A DNA stretch of 61,187 nucleotides, taken from positions 124,001-185,187 of the forward strand of contig KZ538079.1 in assembly GCA_000934665.2 (NCBI GenBank), in the 5' to 3' direction. A model generated the notes under the pieces. It was not told the origin of the DNA. It worked only from the letters and a program-made list of their open reading frames with translations, and made no database searches. This DNA is from Catajapyx aquilonaris. Lineage: Eukaryota. This document shows positions 36,050 through 50,500 of this stretch, piece by piece (the first letter of the stretch is position 1; each line of letters opens with the position of its first letter). The position numbers and the translations under genes were made by a program.

Positions 36050-38579
36050 TGCCACTCCGGATTCCGTAGCCAGCTTTCTAAAGCCGGCTCATTCCCCAGG
36101 CTTTTCCCACATTAAAAAGAGTGCCTTGCTGAGGGAAATTGCTGATTTTCCTCCTGGTGTGCTATACATCCTTTTTTTTTTTTTGAAAAAAAAAAAACTT
36201 CCGCCAATCATTCTTCCGTCTTGGTTTTTTTTTTAACTCTAACCCAGCAGCATCCTCCGGATTCCCGGAATGTAGCCCTCCCTTTGGCTGAGAGAAAACC
36301 ACTAGTTGCTTTTCCTCGGCTCCAATCCGAAGGATGTCCGGGGTGACAGCTGCCTGGGGACTTATCAACATCGCTTAGTAGTGTCTTTCACGCTCGATAA
36401 AGGCATTGTTCAAATATTTCTTCTTTTTTCTTTTTCGAGTGTACGTTTGTGTCTGCCGGCACTTCAAGTATAAGACAAAAAAGGGGGCTCTGCAGGTTAT
36501 CGATTGGGAAAGTCAATATCTGATAGCATTATTGAGGTTGGCGAAGTTCTGCAAGGAGAGGCAACCAATAAGTTGGATTTGCTCAGATGATTTCGACTTA
36601 AGTAAGTGGAAAAATGCGAGTTTTTACAGGCTTATTAAAGAGATGCTCTAAATTTTCCACATAACAAAACACACTGTCCAATATTTTTGAACATAAATTC
36701 TCCCGCATTAATTTGTGTTAATACAACTGGCCTTACTCCAAATATTCTTGCCAATTATTGTTGAGATTGCATCGATTTATTGTGATGGTAATGCCTTCAC
36801 TGTACTGTGCAAATCGCTGCATTCATCCTCCGACCGTGTGATAACAATTTTATGCTCGTATGATGCATGAGGACATAAGTTACAGCTGCTTTTTTAAACT
36901 ATGATATTATCGGGTGGCTTCACTCGACCTGTAAGCTTGATATCAATTCGCATCACTACTGACCCAGGATAGTTAACCGTGATTATAATTAGGTTGGCTG
37001 TCGCTCAACCGATTATTATAAATATATGGAAAAATTATTAGGCAACAAAATGGATTCAGATATTGAACAAATATTTCACTGCATTTCCCGCAAACGTCCA
37101 CCTCCACATTTCCAACCACGAAGTTATGCCAATTCTTATTGTTACAGTCCAAGCTGCAATGAGCTTAAACTGAGCCTTTAGAATAACTTATAAGAAAGTT
37201 AACTGGGGTCACGCAGCTTAGCATCGCTAAGACGACCACATACAAAGTAGCAGCTGAGATAGACGTGCGTGTGTTGTGTCTGCAGCGTTGCACACCCTCA
37301 GAGTTTGAGCCAAAGTTTGAGTGCATTACGGTGTCACAAAGGGGATGGGGGGTGGGCACAAGCCAGCAGGTACTAGAGGAAACAACAATGCCGAACTTTC
37401 TCCCTGGGCATCAGGCTGTCATTTGACGTCTCACCGCGGAGACCAGGAAAGTTTTCGCGGCCGAAAGGAAGCGACAGGAAAGTGACAAAATTAATTGTCC
37501 CGTCACTTTCGCCCACCCTGCTCTTCAATTACAACTCCTACAGAAGTGACTGGAAAAAATATCCGTTCCAACTGTCTTAATTTTTTTTACCTTACCCCGT
37601 GATAAGGCTGAGCCTTTTTAGGGGGGTGGAATACCACCATTTCACTCCTTCTTCACTGTCTTAATTAATTTACGTACTAATATTTGTACCGTAAAAGTAG
37701 ATATGAACACACACTACCCCTACACCGCCCACGATCTTCACACTTTCTCCATACCTATACTGTAATGAATGAACTGAGGTGTACCGCCAACGTATGTCCT
37801 CTGGTTGGACCGCATGGTACAGACGAGGTGCATACCGGACTGCCTGTGGTACGACCAAAGTTTCACTTACCGCAGATCGTTATAAAATCTCATTAGCGAT
37901 GCGACTCGCGGCTTTACCAAACCCAGACCGAACTTACCAAGCAATTCTGGTCCGATTGCAGCTGTGTTGCCAATCAATTAGTGCTGTACTTATGGGACCA
38001 TCCCGCTGTTGGACCTGACTGGCCTCCGCCAACGTGATTGGATTCTGAGCCCAACCATGACAGATACACCAAGCAACGGCATTCAGGATTTTTCACCATC
38101 GAAAATCGTGGGATGCCAACTGCACACAATGCACTTGCGGTGCTTTTAGTTAAATTAGTGCTTGGCACCAGCTGGATGTCTACTACATGTTTCTCTAGCT
38201 GTATACTTAATCCCTTCCCTTATGCAACCCACCATCTCAAGTCCCCCATTGTTAGCGTAATCCGCCATAGGAATTGGCCTCAAGTAACGCAATTAATCCG
38301 GAGCCTCCTTAAGTGATCCGACGTTAACGCAATCAGAGCCCGATGACTAAATGAAATCAGGTCTAAACCAAAATGGAAGCCCCTGTTCCTAAACCCCTCT
38401 CGCCCTTTCTAGACGCATTAGCACGTCTTAGCCTATATCTAATCCTTCCGTTACGATGTCCAACGAGGCCCTTTTCGCACTCGGTAATGGCAGACCCGAG
38501 TCTTCTCGGTTAACCGACCCACCTTTACACAGAGCAAAGGCACAAAAAAACGGCCTCATCCTTCTGGTGGAAAAGAGGT

Positions 38580-38720
38580 TTTAAAATTCGAGTGACTCTG
38601 GAGCAAACTGTTTCGACGATTGGAAACTCGGGATCTCCCAAGGCTTGCTAATGGTGCGCAACTTTCCAGGGGCTGGAAACTTGTGGTTGTGTCCCCAAGG
38701 CGAATTGGGTGAGACCTTAA
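38580..38720 (-). mobile_element. Possible decayed CR1/L2-type LINE ORF2 3' end
   Basis: Frameshifted peptides WGHNHKF and RVSNRRNSL...FKT resemble the RGHxxKL...RVVNxWNSLP...FK C-terminus of CR1 ORF2; weak. Confidence 0.28.
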
Positions 38721-39679
38721 AAGGATGTAAGTCCCTGTCGGATCTGGCGAATATTTGGAGGTGTATATACATAGCTTGTTTTTGACTGTGGAAGAAAGGT
38801 ACAAAAATGGAATTTGGTCCAACTTTAGGCTAATAGGAAAAAAAAGCTTTCTTCGATCATAAACCTAAGAGTACGAGAAGTGGCCGAATTTGAATGCCAA
38901 TAATCGCTATAGGTTTAAGTGCCAATAATGCCTAGTTTAAACGCCAATAAACGTCGGTGCAAACTGTGCAACTACATCCGGAGAAATTTCCAGCCTGCAG
39001 CAAAGTGCGACCGCAATATAAAAATTTGGCAACACTTTTTTGTAACAAACTTGTCGCAAAAAACTGGGTTGAGAGCGCCAATAATTTTTCGACGGCAATG
39101 CAGTGTATCAATGTCACTTTTGTCCGAACCCGGTCCAAACAACTGTCCAGGCATTTTCGATCTAATCTCCGACAAACCGACAACTGACATTTACGTGCAA
39201 TTAACATTACTGGGTATGAATGTTTCATGAAAGTCCACTTTCAACGGGAGGGCTTATCCTCCCTGCCCATACATGTGTATATATGAGGGTATACCAATTG
39301 GCACGACTACTCCAAACCACGGTATACGGTTAGGACTCTAAAATTTTGAAAAAAGAGAGAGCTCGTAATTGTTATTACCTTTAATTAAACCAAACGGGTG
39401 CGGCACGAAATGCTCGTTTTTACTTTTTCTGCGGGGACCCTATCTCTCCCAAAACCCTATGGCGCTTTTATCAAGCGCAATTTCATAACTTGTTTCCATG
39501 CACATACATTTCGTAATGAGTCATTTCGGTACATTACAGAGGGGTTGGGGAAAAAAAAGCCAGGTCTCCATTTCCAGGCATTTTTTTGATCATCAACTGT
39601 GTACTTTTTGAACTCGACTGGTTTGAGATTAAAGTTTGGCTGATAACAGCTGAAACAGGTGCTACTGCTATACAGCTAC

Positions 39680-39777
39680 TTGTACTATGGGCGCCAAAAG
39701 AATTGACCGGTGTTGATGGGTATATAGCGCCATATACCCATCAACTCCGGTCAATTCTTTTGGCGCCCATAGTACAA
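39680..39777. repeat. 98-bp spacerless palindrome, probably a collapsed MITE
   Basis: TTGTACTATGGGCGCCAAAAGAATTGACCGG...GC|GC...CCGGTCAATTCTTTTGGCGCCCATAGTACAA; 2 mismatched pairs. Confidence 0.92.
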
Positions 39778-40588
39778 TAACATCAGCGATTCTCTATTAT
39801 TAACACCAATTAATATTATTGGATCGGTTCTACTATAACTGTTCTGGTTCGTTTCTGACAGTCTGAATCACTCTACCCATATGAACTTTAAAATTCGTCT
39901 CTTATTTTAACAACTGTTCCGACCATTGTTGAAGTAACTCTGGGAGACGGCCATTAGGAATGTTCTGGCCTCGCTTCTGAACAAGACCCTCTGGTACATT
40001 TTAGTTCCTATGCACATACACCCGCGAGTCCGGCTGTAATCAGTTCATGCGCGTACTACCGCGGCTCGCACTCTCTCCGTCCACCCACCCCCATTGTTTA
40101 AAAAAAAAGTGGTTCTCTGCAAATGTATTTCTCTAATCCACAGTCGCGGTTCCCCGAGCCTTGTCAACTATTACTCTTCTCCAAGCACTGGAGCCGGACT
40201 TCCACCGAAAAGTTGGACCGGGAGTGGGAGGTGGGGGGTGGGGTGGGTGCAATGCATAGAGGACTTGGTTCCATCACCTTGGCTTCGTATCCATAGATAC
40301 AACTTTCCGAGACCATTTTTGGTTGGACTAAATTTCCGGTGGACAAGAAAAGGAGACCATGTCCAGGCAGCCTGTACCGGACTTGGTGCTCCTGAGGGAG
40401 ATGGCAGGAAGAACAAGTGTGAGCTGGGCTTGTTTTTATGTTCTATGTTTCCATGGATTCCATGTAAACGGTTTGATCCCGGTGGAATATTTTTGTCGAG
40501 CGTACCATGAGGGATTTTAGGGCTAAGTTCAGCGATGGTGCACGAAGCTTGAGGTATTTTTAGTGGAACATTTTTGCAATCTCAATTC

Positions 40589-41550
40589 ATGGATATCAAA
40601 CATACGGTATATATGCAAATAGCAATGTGCTGGAAAAGTTTTAAAAGTTAAAGCAATGCCAAGCATGCAATTGTGACTATTTTATTCTCAGCTTTAGTGA
40701 TGTCATTGTTACGTTATGAGTCGATATATTACAACAGCAGCCTACTCAGTCTGATGGCAAACAGGCCAAATCTTCTTCGGTGGACAGGCAGGCGTCCACT
40801 TCGACGGCCGTCTCCGACGTCACCCACGACGTCACCCACGACGTGACGACCTGCGGCTCCAGCTCCCTATATCCAAACATCCCCTGCAGCGGAGTCAGAA
40901 GGAAGAGTCAGAAGAAGATCCCAGAACTGGAGGAGGAAGAGGACGCTCCTTCGTTCTCAAACGACAGTTTGGAGGACAAGTCTTGCGCTGTGGTCAGTCT
41001 GCCTCCAGGAGAGGCCAACGCTCCGACCGTGGTCAGTCTTGACCACTTCCAACAGCCGCCGGACACCCACCATGGAAGGACCAACTGGCCTGCCAAGACT
41101 AGACCCAGATTTCTGGAGGAGACTCCTGAGCAGGCAGAGCTCAGGAAGATGGAGATGGTGACCAAGAACTTTCCGTTCTTCCCTTCCAAAGACAAGATCT
41201 CAGAGGACAAGAAGAACAAGAGAGGTACTGGGACATGACACTTGGTTTTCCTCTATATTTTTCTTATCAAAATATCTGATATAGGTTACAGCCTTAAGAC
41301 AAAGGCCAAAGCAGCAGAGGCCCTGACCAGTATGGTGCCAGAGGAGTACCAGACAGAATCGTTCTCAGTCCTGATCATAGAGGATGACGATCTGGACCGG
41401 TCAGTTTCGGGCAAGTTTGACGTCCAGGTTGACTTTAGGGGGCTGTGCTGCTCGTTGACTGACGTCCCTGCCGAGGAGGAGGCCGAAAAATCCTCGTTTT
41501 GGAAGAAGCTCAAAACCTACTTTTCCTGCGCTTGTAAGCAGGAGAAGTAG
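40589..41550 (+). CDS. Putative orphan protein-coding gene, mostly disordered/acidic, about 256 aa; join of 40589-40606 (tentative), 40738-41224, 41285-41550
   Basis: GC-rich island with a long open frame. A 60-nt phase-1 intron (AGAG|GTACTG...CTGATATAG|GT) joins two ORFs exactly in frame. A phase-0 acceptor TTACAACAG and an upstream ATG mini-exon (MDIKHT|GTATAT) fit. It ends FWKKLKTYFSCACKQEK*. No family recognised. Confidence 0.62.
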
Positions 41551-44500
41551 GAGAATCAGTAGGTGGAAACCTGCTCAACAATGTGACTCAAAATTGTTGT
41601 ACCGAATTGATCGGTCAGACTTTATAAAAATGGTTAGACACCAGCAGAAAAATTGATCAAATTACCAAAATTGTGCAAATTGTCCAAGTGCATATTTTAG
41701 CATATACACAAAAAATAGCAGCCATCTTTTATCCCTTTTTTGTTTAAAAAAATTTAGACATCGGATACGGAGTGACGTTTTAAAATTTTCGATTTTCATG
41801 CATTTTTTGGCCTGGATACGGCCCACTCTGCCTTTTCTATAAAAAAATTGCAATTTTGAAATATTCGTGCAGTTTTCCGAAACTTGTCATAAAAATGCGG
41901 CATGAAACAGATGTTTCCATAAAATGGACGTTTAAAATTTTCGAGCGATAAGCTTTTGAGTGTTTCTCAAACTATCGGTGTTCCGCTAAAATTTTCGGGC
42001 CGAAATGTCACAAAACTCAGCTTTCACTGCCCACTAATATTTCCATCAAAAGTGTAAACACACTGCAACTTTGGACCAATCACCGACTGGCTTAATGAAA
42101 ATTAAATGATTACAGGATGTTTCGATTTTTTTTTACAAAAATCTTCACTTTATTTCCCCTACATTTTGTGGACATTGCAATTTAAAGGCTTGTTAGTCAA
42201 CTCGTAGAAAACTCAATAACCTGAACTCCATTGCTAGTTGAATATTAATCGGAAATAATATCCGCCCAGGGATCTGGGTACAACACCGCAAGAAAACAAC
42301 CCTCCAGAGACCCACGGATGAATACCCTCAGCACAAAAGGCCCTCAATTGAAAGTTCTCACCTCGCAATCCCAGCTCAAGGCACAGAAAATTAATTTTCT
42401 AAAGATCCGGAACCTTCCAACTGGAAGAGAGAAACTTCGTTCATAAAGCAAAACCTTCGGGGTCCAAGACATGCTGGAAATGACAGTCAAAATTTGTTAC
42501 TTGCCTTGTGGTTAACTACTAAACATTAACACGTCTATTCAAAATTGAAGATTCCTGGCAACTTTTTTTTTCAATTTCTTGCTCTTAGTTTTTAAAACTA
42601 TATAGACCTCTCGTTACCCGTGGGGAAAAGTAAATCTGACGCTACCACACCTAATTAAAAGTAAATTCCTTTTTCAAATCTTGCCTCAGGACACAGGAGA
42701 GTTTCCGAGGTCCATTCAGACCTCACACAATTCAACGGACTCAACTTGAAGCAGCTGCAGTCTGACCCGTATTGTTGTCTCCAGGGGTAAAAAAGATATA
42801 TGGGGACAGGTTTTTTTTTCTCAACGTTGAGAAGCAGACTTATATAGAGATGACCTTGTCTAGTTTGCGCTGTAAGATTATGAAGAGTAATGCTGTTTTT
42901 GCATGAAACGAAGAAGTTTTGGTGCTTTTACAGGTGGAAGGAAAACTGAGCCTAAGTTTGTGGTGTGAAATATGGGTTCAGGCCGGTTCAGGCATTAAAC
43001 ACATTTTACTTTAGAAATCTGCAGGCTTCATTATACGTTTTACAGTTCATATAGTAGGAACATGTTCATCATGTTGATGAAAATATTGCCTATAGGACTG
43101 AAACAAGGTTTACTGCAGTAGGACAAGCATCGAACAAGTTGCAGATCCCCAGAATCATTTGAAAAACAATTTTACAAAACCGGATTAGTCTCTCAATTGT
43201 TCCGGTAGATTATTTAAAGCGCAAAATATCCGCAGTATAATACAGGCTCGTATACAGAAGAGCGCACCTTTTTATCTCCGGCGGAATAAATTCCACTGCT
43301 ATCCTTGGGCCAAATTACGGGGATCTCTCGGAGCATACATATGCCCGGAGTGGAGGATTTTCCGGGTATTCTGCCTTATAATTGCAAGTTTACAGCGGTG
43401 CTGAACCCTTCCTATGTATTAATTGAAATCCAAAGCTGTCGTAATCCGCACCGAATCTCATCCACGTACCAGGTTATTAAAGTCATTGCGGATAACACGT
43501 TTTTTTCTCTCTCATACTCCAAACAAATAACCAATTAGCTCGGAATTAATCTTAACCCAAAATGCATACACACGAAAAGTTATTTATGTTTCATTATTTT
43601 CCACGGATAAGTTGAAATTGCGATTTAATGCGCGCTATCTTGGTTGTTTCACCCGCTCTATATTTTTTCCCCCCGTTTCTAACCACTCGCTACTGTGATT
43701 TGCGATTCTGGTCGACTAGGATGATCAAACCGCTATAAATCCTTCTTTTTTACTGCGCTCTCCCTATTCCCCACAGCTATCTCATTCTCTACAAACCGTC
43801 TGACATAAGCACCACAATCAACATCGCAAATAAAACCTCAACTGCTAGCTGTGCGAGAGAAAGAAAATGCATTCCTCTGGCAAAATTCCCACCTTCATTT
43901 CATTCCTTCTTTTTTTTTTCTCCGCCTTATTCGAGAGACATTTTCGCCTTGTGAATAAACTCTATGAAAAAGAGAGAGCTGGTGTTGGGTAGAGAGGTCC
44001 ATATATCAAACTTTGCGGGTTCCGTTTGTCGTGGGCTACAGCTCCACACGCAATAACCGGAAGGCAATGCGGAGGATTGGATGCCACTCAAGTGTCACAT
44101 TTTCACGGTCTCGCGGACTCTGAATCAGATTCCTTAGAATATGCGAACAAGTAGGTTTGTGGACGATTCTCCAGCACGTGTGGAAATTGCGACGGAGGAA
44201 TATATACGGCTTTACTTGCGGTTCTCTAAACAGTTGGGAGAATATTATAGGCTTACAAACTTGGCTATAGGAAAGTTGGCATATATAATTTGCACGAAAT
44301 AAACATAATATGCATGAATTAAATTTTATGACATCGTACTCTATGGATGAAGAAAATTAAGCCGATATTGAATTTCGCTTCAGTGCAGAACCGTCACATC
44401 CGTGGGTAAGGAGGATTCATGTCATTGACAGCTCGGAATTCTGCACTTTTCTGTATATCATCGGGTGTATAAGTACCAAAGTTAGGCCGAGATGAAAAGC

Positions 44501-47500
44501 TTGCTTGGCTCAGGTAATAGGCAGATATATTGGGAAATCTTTTCGTTGCTCCAGGGGTCCTAAAGTGATGCAGAAGTTGTGGCAGGTGATTACACTGTTG
44601 ATCAATCCGGACGAGGGTTTTCGTAATTACTTTTTCGGAGCATTTTTTTCAGCCTGTATGTATAATATCCGCGGGTCGTAAGTCTCACGCATATGCAAAC
44701 CTGGTGCTAGATTAGTAAACATTAAATTCTGTGCAGGCAGATTATATTTGCGAGATACTAAGGACAATTTGCTTACAAAATCGTTACTATCGTACATTAT
44801 AAGATGCAGCATTAGATAATAAAATTATCATTGTAGCTACTATATTATTACATGTAATAATTGTGTAATATATGCATCTAAATAAATTTTGAAAGCAATT
44901 ATGGAATTAAGAAAATGCCGTGAGTGTAATAAACGACTTTGAAAATGTTTCTCAAACGGTTCACCCAGCTCCTGAAGGACTTATCCACATTAAACTCGCC
45001 AGCTATACACAACAAGCCCAGCGTGTACGATTAATCAAAACAAGGTTGATCCCCACCGCCCTCCCAAACATCTCGCACCTCCTGATTGGCTCTGACGCCG
45101 TTGTGACAGCAAGCCCTAAGTTAATTATCGGTGGGGACACCAACCGCATGGGAAATAAAGCGCAGCAGCCAGACACAAGGCCCTCGCTCCAGGAATTATT
45201 GCAGTCAAACCAGCCGAGTCATGCATCAGTCCCAGTGGCACCAAGGCGCATCAATAGGGGGATCCAGGGTTTTGGATGATATATAAATCCTGGGGAGTTT
45301 ACCTTGCTTGAGAGAAGGTAGCGAACCCCAGGAGAAATGCGCAGGCTGTGAGCAGACGTCCGGAAGCTGGAGGAGTTTGCTGCATGACTTTCCGTCGCTC
45401 AGTTGGCTGAAAAGGTAAAAGCGTTTGGTCACAGAGTGAAAAATTGCTGAAAAATCTGTAAGGATCAAAGGGGGGCAAATAAGGTCGGAATATACGTGAT
45501 AATCCAAAGCAAAGTGTGCTAGTGAATGCAGAAAATCCTGACTTGATGGCTCATTAATTTGATGAAAACCGCATCCTTAATATGGCTAAGAGAATGATTG
45601 TGTTCTTCCACATACTGATGGTATAATCCCCAGGTTTTCTCCCTGTCGGTACTTGTCTGGCGGCTGATTTCGGCATGGGCTTTTCCAAAGAGGACGACCC
45701 AAAGTGCCTTTGATGTCAACGTCGTTCCGGGTCTCAATGGGAATCCGGGCCCCCGCCAGCTGGGCCGATTGAACTAACAGATGGGCCTCCGAATCAATCC
45801 TCCGGTCGCCAATCAACGCTCTACTTCAAAATATGGGTAGAGAGGGAGGGGGGGGGACCAAGGGGGTAGGAGTAGAGGGGAGAAAAGCTAAGCCCATTTG
45901 ACTGAATGCGACAAGTCTTGCGAGGAATCGTAGATGCGCATGCCAGTAGGTAATCTTCCTTCCACGAGACGTATTTGACTTGCAAAGCTGCAATACGGAG
46001 GGGGGTTTTGGCCTTTTCCGTGGCAATAAAGAGCGCCCCCTTCACCCCCCCCCCCTTCCTTTCCCTTCCCTCCCCAGCCTCTGGTTCAAAGTGCAGTCCA
46101 AGGAAAAGTACTAGGATAGGAGGCCTAGCTGGCTGCAGCAGATGCTGGAGTGAAACGCAAAGTGAGGGAAAACGGAAGAGTCAACATCACGAGCTCCGGA
46201 ATGCCAGTTATGCAGCAGGCTGGCAAAGTGCAGATAAAATTGTTCGGAAAAAATTTCCTGTAACACTTCACGTAAATTAATATCATCTCTTTAATCTGAC
46301 AAAATAATCTGTTGAAGTTGGTCATATTTTTACCTAGAATGCACTTGACTCTATTAGAGTAGGTCATTACAGCAGGCTTCAGTACGAATAATTCAGTAAA
46401 CATGAATTTTTTTTCATTGACAACCGGAAAGTGGACCAATACTGCACATCGTGAAAATGTTCCATATATTGGAGTTGATGCCTGTAAAAACCAAGAAGGA
46501 ACAAACTGTTGACACCATGAGACAGTCTGATTTTTGATAATGACTGAGGCAAGTGACACTTGGGAAAGAAAACCGGATGGTATATTGCAATGCAGCTTGT
46601 ATATAGTCATAATCTATTCATCGGTATTTTCTCCTTCAAAAAAAAAGTGATTGGCGTTATCGACAGAATGCGGAGGCCCTAGCCTTCCCCCCACACAAGT
46701 GGACTCTGGCCTCTGCGATTCAATTTTTGGCAGGAAAGGTCAGAAAGGCGGAAGAATGCGGACCGAAATTGTGTCGGAAGTGTTGCCAGCCAAGGACATC
46801 GAGTTATGGGACTAGGGGACTGTCCCAGCTCAAAAAAAAGAGAGGATAAAGCTGTATCGTATCTCTGCAGTGAGTGCAAGTGTCGTTCCTTCCTGAATAT
46901 CGACATAGAAGAGGGGCGTAATCAGTGCTGTACAGTATTCTAGAAGTGAGTTTGAAATTGTATACGTGACTTTTAATTAACTCGTTTTTGTTGCTAGAAT
47001 GAGGCTCCGGGGGCAGGAAGCAAGATAAGGGTAAGTCGCAAGCAAAGTTGGGGAGTTTGAAGGGTTGGTCTAACTACTGTGCGCACTTGTTGTTACATCT
47101 AGTCATATGTATATATACAGTGTGTTGCAAACCGAATTGCCCAGGGAGTTTTTAGCTAGGTAACACACAATCACTTTCGACGCTCAAGTAAACAGAATAG
47201 GGTACTAACAATGTCATTTCGCATTTCACTGTCAGTAAATTGTTCAGGAAATGGGCGTCCTCCTAGTGAATATGTGGACTATTTCTTAGAAACTAATTAA
47301 CAAATTCTGATATACTAAATGGCCACAACCTGACATGCATTTTCAGGAAAAGGATTCAAAATGGCCGTCTGGCACCGAGTCCTACTCGTATTTTTCTCGC
47401 TGGAAATCCTGCTCGTCTTTACATAGCTGTGAAGCTCATCCTGAAGGAGCTGCCTAACCAGCACAATAAACCCTATGTGCGATTGGACCCAAAATGGCCC

Positions 47501-50500
47501 CCTCGTACTAAAATCCATGCCTAACCTGCAGGATAAACCGGCTCATCCGACCATATCTTGTGATGCGATATTGGACCCATACTGCTATCCTTGGCGATAC
47601 GGTTTATGCCCGAGTGAGCAATAGCTCGCCACAGCGTACATGATCAAACAATTAACTGATTGTGGTCACGCCTGACGCGAACCCCGAGCCACCGCTGTAT
47701 GCTCATAGACCGTTGATGACTTTGGCTACGCATCGATAGCATCATGTCCGCAATTGGTTTCTAGCCCGCCTGTCACCAACGACCGTTCATTTTTGGAAAA
47801 ACAGCCAGTTCGAACCGCATTATGATGCATTTCATCTGCTTAGACATACGCATTCCCCTGGGTGGTTAGTGTAACTGGAAATTCCCGCACCCAAGACGAA
47901 GAAACTCCGAGACGGAAATTGGGTCCAAGTGAAGTCCAGGAAATGACAAAGTCGAAACGTCCAGCAGGCTACCGTTTTTTGGGGTGGTCCAGCAGGAAGA
48001 AGAAAGAGGCTTTGGGGAATGATGGGTTGGGAGGTGGAAAGAAAATGTCTCTGGAGTGTCATTCCGGTCCAACTCTCCTTGATGGAATACATATTGCTGC
48101 TCCTCGCTATTTCACCCCGACTTTTTTTTTGTCCTTCGAACGCACCAGGCCGATCACACTTGACCAAACGCCCTTCAAGAGAGATTGGCTCCAGTGATCA
48201 GGATCGCAAGACTTGCAAGCAATAGCCCAGTAGTCACGGAGATATTTTGATTGAAATTCCACTGCCAAGTCTAGCTATCCAATGAGAAGATTCTTGCCTG
48301 ACTTTCTTTTCTCAGATGTTTAGTTAAAAGCTTCTAGAACCTTCTTTTTAAACAGATTTTGGGCAGATGAAACAGCCAACAGTATCTGTGACATATGATG
48401 GGAACTTTCAGAGAGCTGCCAACAAATACACAGTCTGCCATTTATTATACATTATCGGAACTTTCAGCCAGACTTCGAGGCCATTCATTTTGAGTCCGTT
48501 CCAAGCACCACTTTGATTTGGAAATGTAACACAATTAGTTCGGATGCCACGGCTTCATTTGGAAGTAGCCAGAGAGGCACCAGTTTCTGTTTGGAAATGA
48601 GTGGACCAGAGGTACCGAGGGTACACAGGAGTCGCACTTGGGAATTCAGCAGAATATGTGAGAGTCCACAGGGAGAAAATCAGGGAGAAACACAAGGAAT
48701 CCGTGAAATTCTCATTTCAGGAAATCCAGTAGGGAGTTAAGGAGGATGTAAGTACACAATGAATTATTTCCCTGCTGCATTGTATACACTTACAACGAAT
48801 TTGATTAAATATGTACATACTGAAAATCAATTGCATGGTTCTACCTAATTTACTGAGTGACACTATTTCACTCGGATTTTCTGGGGCACCTCGCCAAGGT
48901 ATTCATTTAATTATCCTATCTGTCCACTGCATTTGTAAATTACGTCCTGAAAATATTTCGATGAAATAGTTCGGCTTCAATTATTGGAGTGCACATTAAC
49001 GGGCGGTGTGTCTAAAGTATCTAATTTACACTAATTTTCTTTTGGAAAATAGCTATACTTATGATAAAACATTTTGTTCTCACTTTGAGTTGAAATTTTA
49101 CCTTAGAATGTCATACAACTGCAGCAGTGCCACTTTGCTCCGGTTCTTACACTAACTCCGAGTGGTTTTCGCTCATTTACTCTGAATGTAAGCAAGGACT
49201 TACAGAATCCCCATGAATGATTCTCCTTTCTCCCCCTTGAAAAGCAGAGTCACGGCCCATTTTGCAAACGAGAGGAAAAAAAACCCCTCTCCTCCCTCAG
49301 CAGTCCCGTTCATTATTATTCTTTGCCTTGTTGAAGCCCCCACGCAACAAAAGGGATCCCAACCCTTTAAGTGCCACGAAAAGACGGGCAATTTCCTCCG
49401 AGGATGAACGTCGCTTCTGGGAGAGGAACATTATTTCCTTTCCTTCAAGAAAGAAGAGCCCGGTCATTAAGAAGAGCTAAGGTCGATAATGGAGGAAGAG
49501 AAGGCGGCTGGTGACCATCCCAACTCGTTAACTCCAGCTGCAGTTGGTGACATAATATATAACTCGATACAATAACTCGAGTGGAGGTCCAATGTCTCAA
49601 AGGATATTAATACCTTTGTCTTTTTGATATATTCATCACAGAGACAGGTCACAACGGATTTGTCCCTTTGTTCTGTTGGAGACAGTCCTTGTCATTCTAG
49701 ACCCAGCCCGTAGTTGTTAAGTCCAGGCCTTGCAGTAACAAAGCCGCGTGTAAAGTGGGTCAAATTCCCTCGTCTTCTGCATACAGGATAATGCTTCTGC
49801 ACACTTGCAGTAATCTTTTGGATATCAGCGGCGGGTAGGCACGATTAAAAATATCTAGAGTAATGACTGCTAAAAATATATTCGAGTACATAATGGTAAC
49901 AGAAAGCAGCACCTAATATTACATAGCCATCTGGTCATTCCATCAATTTCAAATATGTCGTTGGTATTGATATTATTGATATCTAACATATTTTTAAAAT
50001 TAATATTATACTGTTATTTTTGATATTTTATATTAAGTAATATTATGCAGATTTGCTGTTTGGTGTAACACAAACACGGTGTTTCAGGCACTGCGCTTGT
50101 AGAATCAAGAATATTTAACATCATTTTCAGCAGGATCAGATCTGACTCGAGGCGGCTTTTAAAGGGGGACTTAAATCCTCATTTAGTGCAAAGTTCCTCC
50201 CTCGTTAACAATACTTAACAGCCCCGTGCCTATGCTCACCAGGGCGCATTCCAAAAGTCCGGAATAGCAGGCAGGCCAGCATGTTTTGCAAGTTCAAAGG
50301 TGGTTCTAAAACCACACCGCAGCATCCGCACAGAACATTACTCCCTTTTCCACTCCGCAAGAGATCCAAGTCCACGTAATTTTACTTGATCTCTTCCGCA
50401 AAAAAAAAGTAGGAGATAGAGCAGTAATTATTTATGGTAGACCCCATTCCCATGCAAAATTTCCTCTTTGAACAGCAACACAAAAAATCTCATCAATGGA

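Noticed and set aside
37204..37326. Hydrophobic stretch as the HisCl signal exon
   Set aside because: Only a weak phase-0 donor (CCA|GTTAAC); it does not match the phase-2 main acceptor of exon A.
45226..45816. Possible decayed LINE RNase H (VYSD, HFSW fragments)
   Set aside because: Catalytic motifs are not recoverable; too weak without an HMM search.
50240..50282. AAAAC-ATG mini-exon MLACLLFRTFGMRP with GTGAGC donor as HisCl exon 1
   Set aside because: Phase 1 and a poor signal peptide.
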